DNA of 64,000 bases, from positions 672,001 through 736,000 of the forward strand of contig CAVYGB010000010.1 of the NCBI GenBank assembly GCA_963767925.1, in the 5' to 3' direction. The DNA comes from an uncultured delta proteobacterium (GTDB lineage Bacteria > Myxococcota_A > Polyangia > Fen-1088). The position numbers were made by a program, and so were the translations under genes. The stretch's first letter is position 1. Every line of letters starts with the position of its first letter. Shown here piece by piece: positions 43,702 through 59,784 of the stretch. The notes under the pieces were generated by a model that was given only the letters and a program-made list of their open reading frames with translations, was not told where the DNA came from and searched no databases.

Positions 43702-44573
43702 GCGCAGGCTGGATCGCACGCCGGACCTGGCGCCGCCTGCTCCATGGCAAGGCCTCCTTCGGCGCCCTGCTGGGCGCCTTCGCCCTGGTGGCCGGCCTCT
43801 ACGCGGGATCGCGGGCGCTCGCGCGGCAGAGCGCGCTGGCCGCTGCCCGCCTCGCCGACCAGGCCCACGTCATCGCTTACCTCGAGGCGGGCGCCGGCCC
43901 CGAGCAGACCCGCCCCCTGCGGGCTGCCCTCGCCCGCCTGCCCGGCGTCCGGGAGGTCCGCGAGGCCGACGGCGCCGCCGCCCTCACCCACCTCCGGCGC
44001 GAGCTCCTCGCCCTCGGGCAAGACGTCGCCCCGCTCGAGTCGATCGAGCCCGACTTCCTCCCCACCTCCCTCGAGATCGTGCTGCTGCCCGGCCCCGACC
44101 TGCCAGGACGGGCCCGCGACACCGCCGCCCGCCTGCGCCGCCAGGGGGGCGTCGTCGCGGTCGACGCGATGGCCGAGGGGCTGGGGCGGGCCGCCGCCTT
44201 CGGCGCGTTGACCGATCGCCTGGCGCGCCTGGTGGGGCTGGCCGCGCTGCTGGCGGCCGTCGCGCTGCTGGCCGGCCTGCTGCTGCTCGAACGCCGCCGC
44301 CGCCGGGCCGAGGCCGCCACCCTGGCCCTGCTCGGCGCGACCCCGCTGGCGATGCGGGTTCCGGCCGGCGCCCTCGCCGGCCTCGCCGCTCTCGCTGGCG
44401 GGGGCCTCGGGCTGCTGCTCGGTGGTCCGGCCGCCGACCTCCTGCTCGGCGTCCCCCGCTTCGGAGGCGCCGGCTCGGGCGGCGAGACCGTCCTGGTGCT
44501 CTTCGCCCTCGCCCTCCTCGGCCTCCTCGTCGGCTGGCTCTCGGTGCCCCGCCACGGCCCCTCGCTGCGATGA
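43698..44573 (+). CDS. ftsX: FtsX-like permease
   Basis: GTGA overlap; TM, extracellular domain (VIAYL..LPTSLEI) and 3 TMs; LLGAT motif. Confidence 0.7.
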   Translation: MSAGWIARRTWRRLLHGKASFGALLGAFALVAGLYAGSRALARQSALAAARLADQAHVIAYLEAGAGPEQTRPLRAALARLPGVREVREADGAAALTHLRRELLALGQDVAPLESIEPDFLPTSLEIVLLPGPDLPGRARDTAARLRRQGGVVAVDAMAEGLGRAAAFGALTDRLARLVGLAALLAAVALLAGLLLLERRRRRAEAATLALLGATPLAMRVPAGALAGLAALAGGGLGLLLGGPAADLLLGVPRFGGAGSGGETVLVLFALALLGLLVGWLSVPRHGPSLR

Positions 44574-45373
44574 CCCCCGCCTCCTCACCCCGGCGCTGGC
44601 CCGCCCGGCTGCTGCTGCTGCTCGCCGCCTTGCTGCCCGCCCGCCCGGCCGGTGCCGAGGCCGACCCGCTGGCCGATGCCCTCACCCGCGCCCGCACCCG
44701 CGAGGCGATCGGGGTCGAGCGCAGCGAGACCGCGCAGGCGCGGGCCCGTACCCAGGCGCTCGCCGCCTACCGCCTGGCCCGCCGGCGCGCCGCCACCTTC
44801 CTGGCCGACCCGCGCGGCCGCGCCGACAACGCCCGCGCGCTCGGCGCCGCCCTCCTGGTGCTCGCCCGCGAGGCCAGCGAGGCGGCCGTGTTTCGCGCCG
44901 AGCTCGCGCAGGCCCGCCACGACCGCGCGGGCCTGGAGAGCGCCGGTGCCACCTCGGCCACCACCACCGCCGATCGCCTACATGACGGCGACCTCCTGCT
45001 GTCGCCGGTGCGGGGCACCCGGGTGCGCGGGCCGGGCCTGCGGCGGGACGACGCGACCCTGGCCCTGCTGCGGGAGGAGGGGGTGCGCATCCTCAGCCGG
45101 CTGCACGAGCCGGTCCGGGCGCCCGCCGCCGCCCGGGTGCACAAGGTGGCCCCCCGGGCCCGGGGCGGCTTCGCCCTGGTGCTGGAGCACGGAGACGGCC
45201 TGGTCAGCATCCTGTCGGGGCTGCGCCAGGTGGACGTCGTCGAGGGCGCCCCGGTCGAGCGGGGTCAGCGGGTGGGCCTGGTGGGGCGGGACATCGACGG
45301 CGCGCCGGTCGTCTCCCTCGAGTTGTGGCAGCGCGGCAGGCCGATCGACCCCACCGCCCACCTCTCGCCCTGA
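44570..45373 (+). CDS. EnvC-like degenerate M23 domain protein
   Basis: Signal peptide, short helical region and a C-terminal M23 fold (LVLEHGDGLVSILSGL..V.RGQ.VG..ELW..GRPIDP) lacking the Zn ligands. Confidence 0.7.
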   Translation: MTPASSPRRWPARLLLLLAALLPARPAGAEADPLADALTRARTREAIGVERSETAQARARTQALAAYRLARRRAATFLADPRGRADNARALGAALLVLAREASEAAVFRAELAQARHDRAGLESAGATSATTTADRLHDGDLLLSPVRGTRVRGPGLRRDDATLALLREEGVRILSRLHEPVRAPAAARVHKVAPRARGGFALVLEHGDGLVSILSGLRQVDVVEGAPVERGQRVGLVGRDIDGAPVVSLELWQRGRPIDPTAHLSP

Positions 45374-45487
45374 CCGACGGAGGACCCCCGCGCGGCGACC
45401 CCGAGACCGGGAGCCGCGTGCCGGGTAAGCCCGGGGAAAACCGCCCTCGGCGTATCGGACCACCGGCCAGGGCTCTATAATTTGCCC

Positions 45488-46789
45488 ATGCCGATTGGGC
45501 CCAAGAGTCGTCTCCTCTGTCTGGGTCTGTGCACCGTGGCGGCGTTCGCCGGTGGCCTGGTGGCCAGCGGCCCGCTGCAGGCCGGGCGCTTCGATCCCTA
45601 CCGGAAGCTCAGCGTCTTCACCAAGGTGCTCTCGTACATCGAGAACAACTACGTCGAGAACATCTCCGAGGGCGACCTCATGTTCGGCGCCGCCCGGGGG
45701 CTGACCGACGTGCTCGATCCCCACTCGCGCTTCATGGACCCGGGGGAGTACGACCGGCTCAAGCGCGAGACCGAGGGAGACACGGAGGTCACCGGGATCG
45801 GCATCGACCTCGAGCGGCGCAAGAAAGGCCTGGTGGTTGTCTCGCCCATCGAGGGCTCACCGGCCTGGAAGGCGGGGGTCGAGCCGGGCGACGCCATCCG
45901 CCGCATCGACGGCACCGACGCCGAGGCGCTGGAGTGGGAGGACGCCGTGGCCCGCATCCAGGGCGCGGCCGGCAGCGAGGTGGTCCTCGTCGTCGATCGG
46001 CGGGGCAAGGAGCTCACCTTCCGCATCCGGCGCGAGCGCTTCGAGGTCCGCTCGGTCGAGGGCCGGGTGCTCGAGGACGGCTACGGTTACGTGAAGATCC
46101 GCATCTTCTCCTCGAACACCGATACCAAGCTGGTCGAGGCCCTGGAAGAGGTGAAGAAGAAGTCCGAGCCGGGCGGCCTGCGGGGCCTCATCCTCGACCT
46201 GCGCCGCAACCCGGGGGGGCTGCTCGATCAGGGCGTGCGGGTGGCCGACCGCTTCCTGAGCGAGGGCATGATCGTCCGCACCGTGGGCAAGGCCGGTCGG
46301 GAGATGGATCGGCAGATGGCCCACGCCCGCGGCACCTGGAGCGGCTTTCCCATGGTGGTGCTCGTCGACGGCGCCACCGCCTCGGCCGCCGAGATCGTGG
46401 CCGGGGCCCTGCAGGACCACCAGCGCGCCGTCATCATGGGGACCCAGAGCTTCGGCAAGGGGTCGGTCCAGACGGTCATGGAGATCGACGGCTGCGGGCC
46501 CAAACCCTGCGGCCTCAAGCTCACGGTGTCCCGCTACTACACGCCGAGCGGCCGCTCCATCCAGAACCACGGCATCACCCCCGACGTGCTGGTCGACACA
46601 ACCCCGCCACCCGAGGGGTCCCCCGACGACATCTTGCGAGAGAAGAACTACCAGCGGCACCTGCGCGACGAGAAGGCCAACACCCCTCCCCCCACCCGCA
46701 AGCGGCTGGCCGACCACCAGCTCCAGGTGGCCCTCGAATACCTGCGCTCCTGGGCGGTCTTCCAGAAACAGGCCGGCAAAAAGGGGTAG
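45488..46789 (+). CDS. ctpA: S41 carboxy-terminal processing protease
   Basis: LDPHS, PDZ GIGI, DLRRNPGGLL, TASAAEIVAGALQD and FGKGSVQ. Confidence 0.95.
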   Translation: MPIGPKSRLLCLGLCTVAAFAGGLVASGPLQAGRFDPYRKLSVFTKVLSYIENNYVENISEGDLMFGAARGLTDVLDPHSRFMDPGEYDRLKRETEGDTEVTGIGIDLERRKKGLVVVSPIEGSPAWKAGVEPGDAIRRIDGTDAEALEWEDAVARIQGAAGSEVVLVVDRRGKELTFRIRRERFEVRSVEGRVLEDGYGYVKIRIFSSNTDTKLVEALEEVKKKSEPGGLRGLILDLRRNPGGLLDQGVRVADRFLSEGMIVRTVGKAGREMDRQMAHARGTWSGFPMVVLVDGATASAAEIVAGALQDHQRAVIMGTQSFGKGSVQTVMEIDGCGPKPCGLKLTVSRYYTPSGRSIQNHGITPDVLVDTTPPPEGSPDDILREKNYQRHLRDEKANTPPPTRKRLADHQLQVALEYLRSWAVFQKQAGKKG

Positions 46790-46928
46790 AGACAGGGGTA
46801 GAGACACGGGTCAGAGGCAGCGCGAGCCAGGCATTGTGAACTCGAGCGACCAGGTGTAATACGACGCCTGTCCCTGGCGGGCCCGGCCCGCCTCCCGAAC
46901 GCAGAGAACTCCTGGCAGGGAGGTCGTC

Positions 46929-47975
46929 ATGATCCGATGTGGCAAGTGCGGGCATTCGAATCTGCCGAGCTTCCCCAACTGTTCGAAGTGCGGGGCCTCG
47001 CTGGTGGGTGGGGCCTCGGTGGCCGTCCCCGACGACCACGCCCTCCGCTTCGCGGCCGAGCGCGAGGCAGCGGGCAGGCGCAAACGCGTCATGTTCATGG
47101 CCGCCGCGCTGGTGGCGCTGGGGGTGTTCGCCTGGCGCTGGTTCGCCGACGCCCGGGCCAAGGACGACACCCAGGCCAAGCTCGACTTCGCCGGCCGCTG
47201 GATCGAGCTCGAGAAGCGGGAGATGGGCCTGGTGTGGAACTGTGTGATGGCCAGCGAAGTGGACATCGGCATGTTCTCCAACGCCAACCAGGTCCAGCAG
47301 AAGATCGAGTCGGCCTTCGCCACCCAGCAGAAGACCTTCTCCGATCACCTGCTGACCGAATGTGTCCCCAAGATGGAGCGGGCCCGCCAGGCCTTCGGGG
47401 GCCTGCCGGGCGGCCCGGACGAGCTCGAGAAGCCGCTCGCCGATTACCAGGCCACCTTGCCCGAGCTGCAAAAGGGGGTCGAGCTGTACGCCGAGCGGAT
47501 CAAGAACCGCGGCGTCACCAAGAGCCTCGACCAGCTCATCCAGGAGCACGGCAGCGCCTGGCACCAGGAGATGAGCCCCACCGCCGGCACCATCGCCTTC
47601 GAGCGGTTCATGCACTGCGCGGTGCCCGGGCTGGCGGGGATGAAAGACGCCCAGCACATGCTCGAGTACCTGGCCGACGCCTGTTACAAGAAGGATCCGG
47701 TCAAGTTCATGGACCGCGTGCGCAGCCAGTGCGGCCCCCTGCTCGAGAGCCCCGACCCCAAGGCTGCCCCGGCCAAGAGCTACAAGCTGACGCAAAAGCG
47801 CTTTTACGAGGAAGAGGCCCGGCAGCTCCAGGCCTGGGATAGCTGCGGGCGGCGGGCGAACAAGGGCAAGAAGGGCGACGACCTGGGCGAGTTCCTCACC
47901 GCGCTGGGCAACTACATGAAGGCGCGCTTCGAGGTGAAGAAGGCCGCCCAGGCCCTCGAAGACGCGCGCAGCTAG
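46929..47975 (+). CDS. Hypothetical membrane protein with N-terminal zinc ribbon
   Basis: GGAGG RBS; CGKCG..CSKCG, one TM helix and a Cys-containing helical ectodomain. Confidence 0.8.
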   Translation: MIRCGKCGHSNLPSFPNCSKCGASLVGGASVAVPDDHALRFAAEREAAGRRKRVMFMAAALVALGVFAWRWFADARAKDDTQAKLDFAGRWIELEKREMGLVWNCVMASEVDIGMFSNANQVQQKIESAFATQQKTFSDHLLTECVPKMERARQAFGGLPGGPDELEKPLADYQATLPELQKGVELYAERIKNRGVTKSLDQLIQEHGSAWHQEMSPTAGTIAFERFMHCAVPGLAGMKDAQHMLEYLADACYKKDPVKFMDRVRSQCGPLLESPDPKAAPAKSYKLTQKRFYEEEARQLQAWDSCGRRANKGKKGDDLGEFLTALGNYMKARFEVKKAAQALEDARS

Positions 47976-48137
47976 CTCGCCGCGCCCGGCAATCGCCCGT
48001 CCGGCGACCCGGATCGCCAGACGCGCCCGGACGCCGGCCCCTGGGGCCGGAGAACATTTTTTCGGCCGGTTGCCCGGTCAGACAGCACACCGTTGCTTTT
48101 GGGGAGGGCCAGTCGGTGTTAGGCTAAGGGTCCCCCC

Positions 48138-48842
48138 GTGGCGCTCGCAAACGCGTCCCAGCCTCGTGCCCTCGTGCTCGGCCTGCAGGTTCTCTGGGGC
48201 CTGGGCTGCGGCGATCCCATGGTGCCGAGCGATTATTCGGGGCCGCCCGCGGCGACGGTGGCGGGCAACGTCCTCGGCGAGTTGCCCGCCCTGCGGAACG
48301 CCCAGGAGCCGGCCTTCTCGCTCGAGTGGCTCACGACCCGCGAGCCGAGCGATCCGCTCGTGAGCCAGCCGCTGCAGTTCGAGCGCTCCGATCGCCACCA
48401 CGAATGGAACATCGGGGTCGAGCAGCCCACCGCCCGGGCCCGCCTCGATCTCAGCCTGGCCACCTCCGACGACGTGCGCTTCGCGGTGGGCAAGATGGTC
48501 TACTTCGACGACGGCCGCAACGACGGACGGCTCGACTGGAGGTGCCTCGGCACCACCGGCTGCGATCAGGTGAAGGCGGTCAGCGCGGAGTTCATCGTCT
48601 TCGTCGAGCGCGCCCCCACCTGCCAGCCGATCGGCGGCGGCCCCCTGCGCCCCCGCCTGAGCCCCGGCTTTCACTACTACCACCTCGATCAAGGGCTCCT
48701 GCGCGAGTCGACCCCCGGCGAGCCACTCACCTTCGTCCCCACCATCCGCTCGCTCGCCGACAGCAACCCGACCAACGAGCTGCGCGCCTTCGCCGACTAC
48801 CTCATCGCTCGCTGGCGCGGCACCGCCCTCGACGGGTGCTGA
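48138..48842 (+). CDS. Hypothetical lipoprotein
   Basis: GLGC lipobox followed by GDP...DY.G.P; coding-like codon usage. Confidence 0.7.
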   Translation: MALANASQPRALVLGLQVLWGLGCGDPMVPSDYSGPPAATVAGNVLGELPALRNAQEPAFSLEWLTTREPSDPLVSQPLQFERSDRHHEWNIGVEQPTARARLDLSLATSDDVRFAVGKMVYFDDGRNDGRLDWRCLGTTGCDQVKAVSAEFIVFVERAPTCQPIGGGPLRPRLSPGFHYYHLDQGLLRESTPGEPLTFVPTIRSLADSNPTNELRAFADYLIARWRGTALDGC

Positions 48843-49060
48843 CAACCTGGCGCGTGGCGCCCCCACGCGCAGGTGTGCAGACGACTGCTGAGATCGCGTA
48901 CCCGCTGTAGGCGATCTGTAACCGTGCCGTCGCCCGCCTCCTACCAGGGCTTTCCATCCAGCCTTTGACAGGGTGGGGATCGGGTCCTATCGTGGTGGCC
49001 TCGTCCGACCGCTCCCGTCCGCGTGCTCCACTGGCTCGGACGTTGTACAAGGGTGCACCC

Positions 49061-52775
<3,715 letters not shown>

Positions 52776-52792
52776 AGCGCGAGGAGAGAACG

Positions 52793-54691
<1,899 letters not shown>

Positions 54692-54740
54692 CGGCTCGAA
54701 ACGGCTGGGCGCGAGGGGCCCGTTGTGCTGTACTAGGTCG

Positions 54741-56597
54741 ATGCCTCCGTCCCGACCCGGGGCGTCGGCGCCTCTGGCAGCACGACGGCTCCCATTCCAG
54801 CAGCACCAGGTGGGGCTCGCGGCGGTCCGTGTGGCAATGGCGACGATGGCGGCGACCATCGTGGCGACGTCGACGGCATGTACCCCTCCGCTGCCGGAGC
54901 TCCCTCGGCCCGGAGCCGGCTCCGATCCGCGTCGGGATGGCGCCACCCCCGACGCGCGCAGCGACGGACCGCCCCCTCGCGACGCGGCTCGGTCCGCGCC
55001 CGACGGCGCCGCGCCCGATGCGCCCGCGGCGGTCAGCCCCCTGGTCCGGATCGATCCGCCCGGGCGAATGTTCACGGGGACCCAGCTCGTCAAGCTCTCC
55101 GGTGGTCTCCCGGGATCGACGATCCACTACACGACCGACGGCAGCTTGCCCACCCGGTCGGGCACCATCTACAGCGCGCCGCTGACCCTCACCGCCAGCG
55201 CGCTGGTCCGCGCGGTCGCGCTCACCGCCACCCCACCGGCCGCGCCACCCATCAGCGCGGCCCCCTTCGTGCAGGTGGCCGAGGAGCTGGCGAGCTGGAG
55301 CTCCGACCTGCCGGTGGTTGTGGTCCACACCCACGCCTCGGGCACGATTCCCGTCGTGCGCGAGGGCGCCCTCCGCCCGGGCTCGATCACCGTGCTCGAC
55401 CCGGCCTCCGGCCTGGCCGGGCGGAGCTGGCTGTCGGGCTTCCCCAGCCTCGTGTCGCGGGCGGGGGTGCGCCTGCGCGGCGAGAGCTCCCTGTATTTCC
55501 CCCAGAAGAGCTACTCGATCGAGCTGTGGTCCCCCGGGGCCGACACCGACACCGACGGCGTCCTGCTCGGGCTGCCCGCCGAGGCCGACTTCGCCCTCGT
55601 GGGGGCGGGGTTCACCGACCGCAGCCTCATGCGCAACGCCCTGGCCTACGCCCTCAGCAACCAGATCGGACGCTACGCCGCGCGCACCCGCTTCGTGGAG
55701 GTGTTCGTCGTCGAGGGCGGCGACACCCTGGTCCCTGGCGACTACCGGGGCGTCTTCACCCTCGCCGAGAACATCAAGCGCAGCCCCAGCCGGGTCAACG
55801 TGGCCGAGCTGGGCGCCGCCGACCAGCGCGATCCCGCCGTCACCGGCGGCTACACCCTGCGCATCGACAAGGGGACCAACCACTTTACCGCCGCCTCCTT
55901 CCCCTTCCAGTACGTCTACCCGCGCTGGGACGACATCGGCCAGCCGGCCTGGTCCGCCCAGCGCACCTACCTGCAGGGGTACGTCGGCGAGTTCCTCGAG
56001 GCCCTGGCCCAGCCCGGGTTCCGCCACCCCCGCACCAACCGCCTCTACAGCAGCTACATCGACGTCCCGGCCTTCATCGACCACAACCTGATGACGGTCC
56101 TGTTCAAGAACGTCGACGGCCTGCGGATCTCGGCCTACTTCCACAAGAACCGCGGCGGCCCCCTGGTGGCCGGTCCGGTCTGGGACTTCGACCGCTCCTC
56201 GGGCACCCCCTTCGACGCCGACTTCTCGGCCAACCCCCGTCCGGCCGAGCCGCGGGAGTGGGCCACCGGCGACGGCACCCACCCCCTGCAGTGGGGGTTC
56301 TGGCGACAGCTCTTCAACGAGCCGACCTTCAAGGCGACCCACGCCCGCCGCTGGGGCGAGCTGACCCGGGGCCCCTTCTCGGTCGAGAGCGTGCACCGCC
56401 TGATCGACGGCTTCGCCGCCCAGCTCGCCGAGGCCCAGGGCCGTCACTTCGAGCGCTGGCCCGACCTGCCCCCCAGCGGCGGCGCCCACGCCGGCGAGGT
56501 CAAGCTGCTCAAGGATTGGTTCGCCGCCCGCATCCCCTGGGTCAACGGCCAGCTCCAGCCCCCGGCCGCCCCCACCGCCGGCCCGCCCCCCCTCTGA
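54741..56597 (+). CDS. CotH kinase-family secreted protein with Fn3-associated/chitobiase-like domain
   Basis: TIHYTTDGSLP; RGESS..FPQKSY, DRSLMRN, NVDG and GPVWDFD. Start uncertain. Confidence 0.85.
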   Translation: MPPSRPGASAPLAARRLPFQQHQVGLAAVRVAMATMAATIVATSTACTPPLPELPRPGAGSDPRRDGATPDARSDGPPPRDAARSAPDGAAPDAPAAVSPLVRIDPPGRMFTGTQLVKLSGGLPGSTIHYTTDGSLPTRSGTIYSAPLTLTASALVRAVALTATPPAAPPISAAPFVQVAEELASWSSDLPVVVVHTHASGTIPVVREGALRPGSITVLDPASGLAGRSWLSGFPSLVSRAGVRLRGESSLYFPQKSYSIELWSPGADTDTDGVLLGLPAEADFALVGAGFTDRSLMRNALAYALSNQIGRYAARTRFVEVFVVEGGDTLVPGDYRGVFTLAENIKRSPSRVNVAELGAADQRDPAVTGGYTLRIDKGTNHFTAASFPFQYVYPRWDDIGQPAWSAQRTYLQGYVGEFLEALAQPGFRHPRTNRLYSSYIDVPAFIDHNLMTVLFKNVDGLRISAYFHKNRGGPLVAGPVWDFDRSSGTPFDADFSANPRPAEPREWATGDGTHPLQWGFWRQLFNEPTFKATHARRWGELTRGPFSVESVHRLIDGFAAQLAEAQGRHFERWPDLPPSGGAHAGEVKLLKDWFAARIPWVNGQLQPPAAPTAGPPPL

Positions 56598-56649
56598 GAA
56601 GTGCGCCGGGTGCGCCGGCGCGCCGACTGCCAGGCGGCCGGGAAGCCGA

Positions 56650-57975
56650 TCAGGCGGCGGAGCCGGCCTCGGCCACCGGCTCCTCGGGCGGCGGCGGCGG
56701 GATGATCCGGACGCGCCGGACCGTCCGCACGGTGGCGTCGAGCACCACCAGGATGACGCCGTCGTTGGCCGCCAGGCGCGCGCCCCGGTTGGGGATGCCC
56801 CCCGCCAGCTTGGTGCACAGCCCGGCCAGCGTCGTGACGTCGGAGGGGGCCTCCAGCTCGATGCCCAGCTCCCGGTTGATCTCCCGGATGGCGACGTCGC
56901 CGCGCACGGTGGCCGAGCCGTCGGCCGCCTTCACGATCTGCTGGGGATCGATCTCGTGCTCGGAGAACACGTCGCCCACGATCTCCTCGATGAGATCCTC
57001 GAAGGTCACCAGCCCCGACAGGGCCCCGTGCTCGTCGACGGCGATGGCCAGGCGCTGGTGCTCGCGCCGCATGAAGCGCAGCACCTCGATGGCCTGCACC
57101 GTCTCGGGGAACACCTTCACCGGCCGGAGCAGATCGTGCAGCACGAACAGCTTGCCCTCCCAGGCCAGGGCCACGATGTCCTTGGCGCTCACGTAGCCCA
57201 CGACGTTGTCGAGGGTCCCGTCGTACACCGGCACGCGCGAGCGGCGCTCCTCCAGCAAGAACCGGCGCACCTCCTCCTGGCCGGCGTGGACCGGCAGGGC
57301 GTCGATCCGGTTGCGGGGGATCATGGCGTCCTTGAGCTGGAGCTTGTCGAACTCCAGCGCACGCGAGGCGATCTCGCTGGCGTGTTCGTGCAGGGCTCCC
57401 GTCTCGGCCGCCTCCTCCACCATCTGCTGCAGCTCCTCCTTGGAGATGCGGGCCTCCATGAAGTTCGTCCGGTCGGCGAAGGGACGCAACACGATGTTCG
57501 AGCTCGTGGTGAGCAACCAGACCAGGGGACGGGCCAGCCAGGCCAGCCCCAGCAGCGGCCGGGCCATCAGCAGGGCGTAGGTCTCGTTGAAGCGCAGGGC
57601 CAGCGACTTGGGGACCAGCTCGCCCAGCACGAGCGACAGGTACGAGATCCCGACGACGACGATCACGAGGGCCACGCTCTCGGCGCGTGGGCCGATCCAG
57701 GGCAGGTGCACGAGCAGCCCGGCGATGTCCGAGGCGATCTCCGAGCCGCCGATGGCCGCCGCGGTGGTGCCCACCAGGGTGATGCCGACCTGGACCGTCG
57801 CCAGGAAGACCTCCGGCAGCGCGCGCAGATCGGCCAGGGCCTGGGCACCCAGCCGACCCTCCTCGACGAGTTGCTGAACCCGGGTGCGGCGGATGGAGAC
57901 GACGGCGATCTCGGCTCCGGACAGTGCGCCATTCACGAGAACCAGAGCCACGATGATCGCGATTTCGGTGAGTAT
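56650..57975 (-). CDS. CNNM/CBS/CorC (hemolysin-family) membrane protein
   Basis: NGALSGAEIAVVS, FLATVQVGIT, GELVPKSLA, CBS pair and CorC domain. Start is ATA 57975 or GTG 57951. Confidence 0.92.
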   Translation of the reverse strand: MLTEIAIIVALVLVNGALSGAEIAVVSIRRTRVQQLVEEGRLGAQALADLRALPEVFLATVQVGITLVGTTAAAIGGSEIASDIAGLLVHLPWIGPRAESVALVIVVVGISYLSLVLGELVPKSLALRFNETYALLMARPLLGLAWLARPLVWLLTTSSNIVLRPFADRTNFMEARISKEELQQMVEEAAETGALHEHASEIASRALEFDKLQLKDAMIPRNRIDALPVHAGQEEVRRFLLEERRSRVPVYDGTLDNVVGYVSAKDIVALAWEGKLFVLHDLLRPVKVFPETVQAIEVLRFMRREHQRLAIAVDEHGALSGLVTFEDLIEEIVGDVFSEHEIDPQQIVKAADGSATVRGDVAIREINRELGIELEAPSDVTTLAGLCTKLAGGIPNRGARLAANDGVILVVLDATVRTVRRVRIIPPPPPEEPVAEAGSAA

Positions 57976-58107
57976 GACCGGGACCTCCGGGCGACATCAT
58001 GCCGGACGGCCGCCCGGGAGGCCAGCGGGGGGCCCTCCAGGACCGGGGGTCCCCTTGACGGGCCGACGTCGCGAGGCGACGCTGAAGGCGGCGAGGCAGA
58101 AACGCAC

Positions 58108-59784
58108 ATGAAACGAGCACCCCTGGACACCACGTCCCTTGATGGCCCGGGATCGCCCCGAAACCTTCCCGACCCACCCGCGCACACCCCGGCGCCATCC
58201 CCCGCCGCGCTCACCCGCCGCGACCTGTTGCGGGCCGCGCAGGCGGTCGGTGTGGCGAGCGTGACCGCCGGCCCCTTCGCGGGCTGCGACTCCGGCGAAG
58301 CGCCCGGGCCGCTCGATCTGTTCCAGCACGGCGTCGCCAGCGGCGATCCCCTCCCCGACGGCGTGATCCTCTGGACGCGGGTCAGCCCGCTCACCGCCGG
58401 CACGGTGGAGGTCACCTGGGAGATCGCCGCCGACTCCGGCTTCGAGCCGGTGCTCGCCACGGGCAGCGCCGAGGCCAGCGCCGAGCGCGATTACACGGTG
58501 AAGGTCGACGTCGGCGGCCTCGCGCCGGCCCGTACCTATTTCTATCGTTTCCGGGGTCAGCTCCAGACCTCCCCCGTCGGTCGCACCCGCACCGCGCCCG
58601 CCGGCGCCACCGCCCGCGCTCGCTTCGGGGTGGCCTCCTGCTCGAGCTACGCCCAGGGCTATTTCCACGCCTACCGCGCGCTCTCGGGGCGCGCCGACCT
58701 CGACGCTGTCATCCACCTCGGCGACTACATCTATGAATCGGGCCCCGGTCAGTTCGGCGGCGAGCGCCCCATCGAGCCGCCCCGGGAGGCCACCACCCTC
58801 GCCGACTACCGCACCCGCCACGCCCAGTACAAGCGCGATCCCGACCTGCAGGCGGTGCACCGGCAGCACCCCTTCATCTGCGTCTGGGACGATCACGAGA
58901 GCGCCAACAACTCCTGGAAGGACGGGGCCATCAACCACCAGCCCGACGAGGGGAGCTGGGCCGATCGCAAGGCGGCCGCCCAGCGGGCCTACGCCGAGTG
59001 GATGCCGATCCGCGACCAGGGGGATCCCGCCCGCATCTGGCGCAAGCTGGCCTGGGGCGACCTCGCCGATCTCATCCTGCTCGACACGCGGATGTGGGCC
59101 CGCACCACCAGCAGCACGGTGGTGCTCGGCGCCGTCCCCTCCGAAGATCCCGGGGCCACCCTGCTGGGCGACGACCAGGCTGCCTGGCTCGAGGAGCAGA
59201 TCCGCGGCTCGACCGCCCGCTGGAAGCTTATCGGGCAGCAGGTCATGGTGGCCAACCTGATCCTGTCGCCGGGCATGATCGTGAACCTCGACCAGTGGCA
59301 CGGCTACCCCGCCTCCCGGCGCCGCTTCCTCGACTTCCTGCGCACCTCCGCCGCCAGCAACGTGGTCGTGTTGACCGGCGACCTGCACAGCTCCTGGGCC
59401 AGCGAGCTGGTGCTCGACCCCACCGATCGGGCGCAATACGATCCGGCCACCGGCCGGGGCGCGCTGGCGGTCGAGTTCGTGGCCCCCGGCATCACCAGCC
59501 CCGGCCTGCCGCCGACCTTCCTGAGCCTCGTCGATTCGGCCCGACCCTTCAACCCCCACCTGCGCTGGTTCGATCTCACCAAGCAGGGCTACCTGGTGGT
59601 CGACGTGCTCCCCGAGCGCGTGCAGGCCGCCTGGTACCTCTACGCCAACATCAAGCTCCCCCAGGAGACCGCCGAGACCTTCGCCGCCGCCTGGTCAGTC
59701 CCCACCGGCACCCTCCGCCTGCAGCAAGACGAAGCCGCCGCCCCCGCCCCCGAGACCCCCCCACCACTCGCCCCCGCGGGTTAG
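58108..59784 (+). CDS. phoD: Alkaline phosphatase D family protein, Tat-exported
   Basis: TRRDLL; FQHGVASGDP, HLGDYIYE, WDDHE, LDTR and TGDLH. Confidence 0.93.
   Translation: MKRAPLDTTSLDGPGSPRNLPDPPAHTPAPSPAALTRRDLLRAAQAVGVASVTAGPFAGCDSGEAPGPLDLFQHGVASGDPLPDGVILWTRVSPLTAGTVEVTWEIAADSGFEPVLATGSAEASAERDYTVKVDVGGLAPARTYFYRFRGQLQTSPVGRTRTAPAGATARARFGVASCSSYAQGYFHAYRALSGRADLDAVIHLGDYIYESGPGQFGGERPIEPPREATTLADYRTRHAQYKRDPDLQAVHRQHPFICVWDDHESANNSWKDGAINHQPDEGSWADRKAAAQRAYAEWMPIRDQGDPARIWRKLAWGDLADLILLDTRMWARTTSSTVVLGAVPSEDPGATLLGDDQAAWLEEQIRGSTARWKLIGQQVMVANLILSPGMIVNLDQWHGYPASRRRFLDFLRTSAASNVVVLTGDLHSSWASELVLDPTDRAQYDPATGRGALAVEFVAPGITSPGLPPTFLSLVDSARPFNPHLRWFDLTKQGYLVVDVLPERVQAAWYLYANIKLPQETAETFAAAWSVPTGTLRLQQDEAAAPAPETPPPLAPAG

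Noticed and set aside
46783..46806. GGGGTAGAGACA direct repeat at the ctpA stop
   Set aside because: A two-copy 12-mer with no associated element; likely local slippage.
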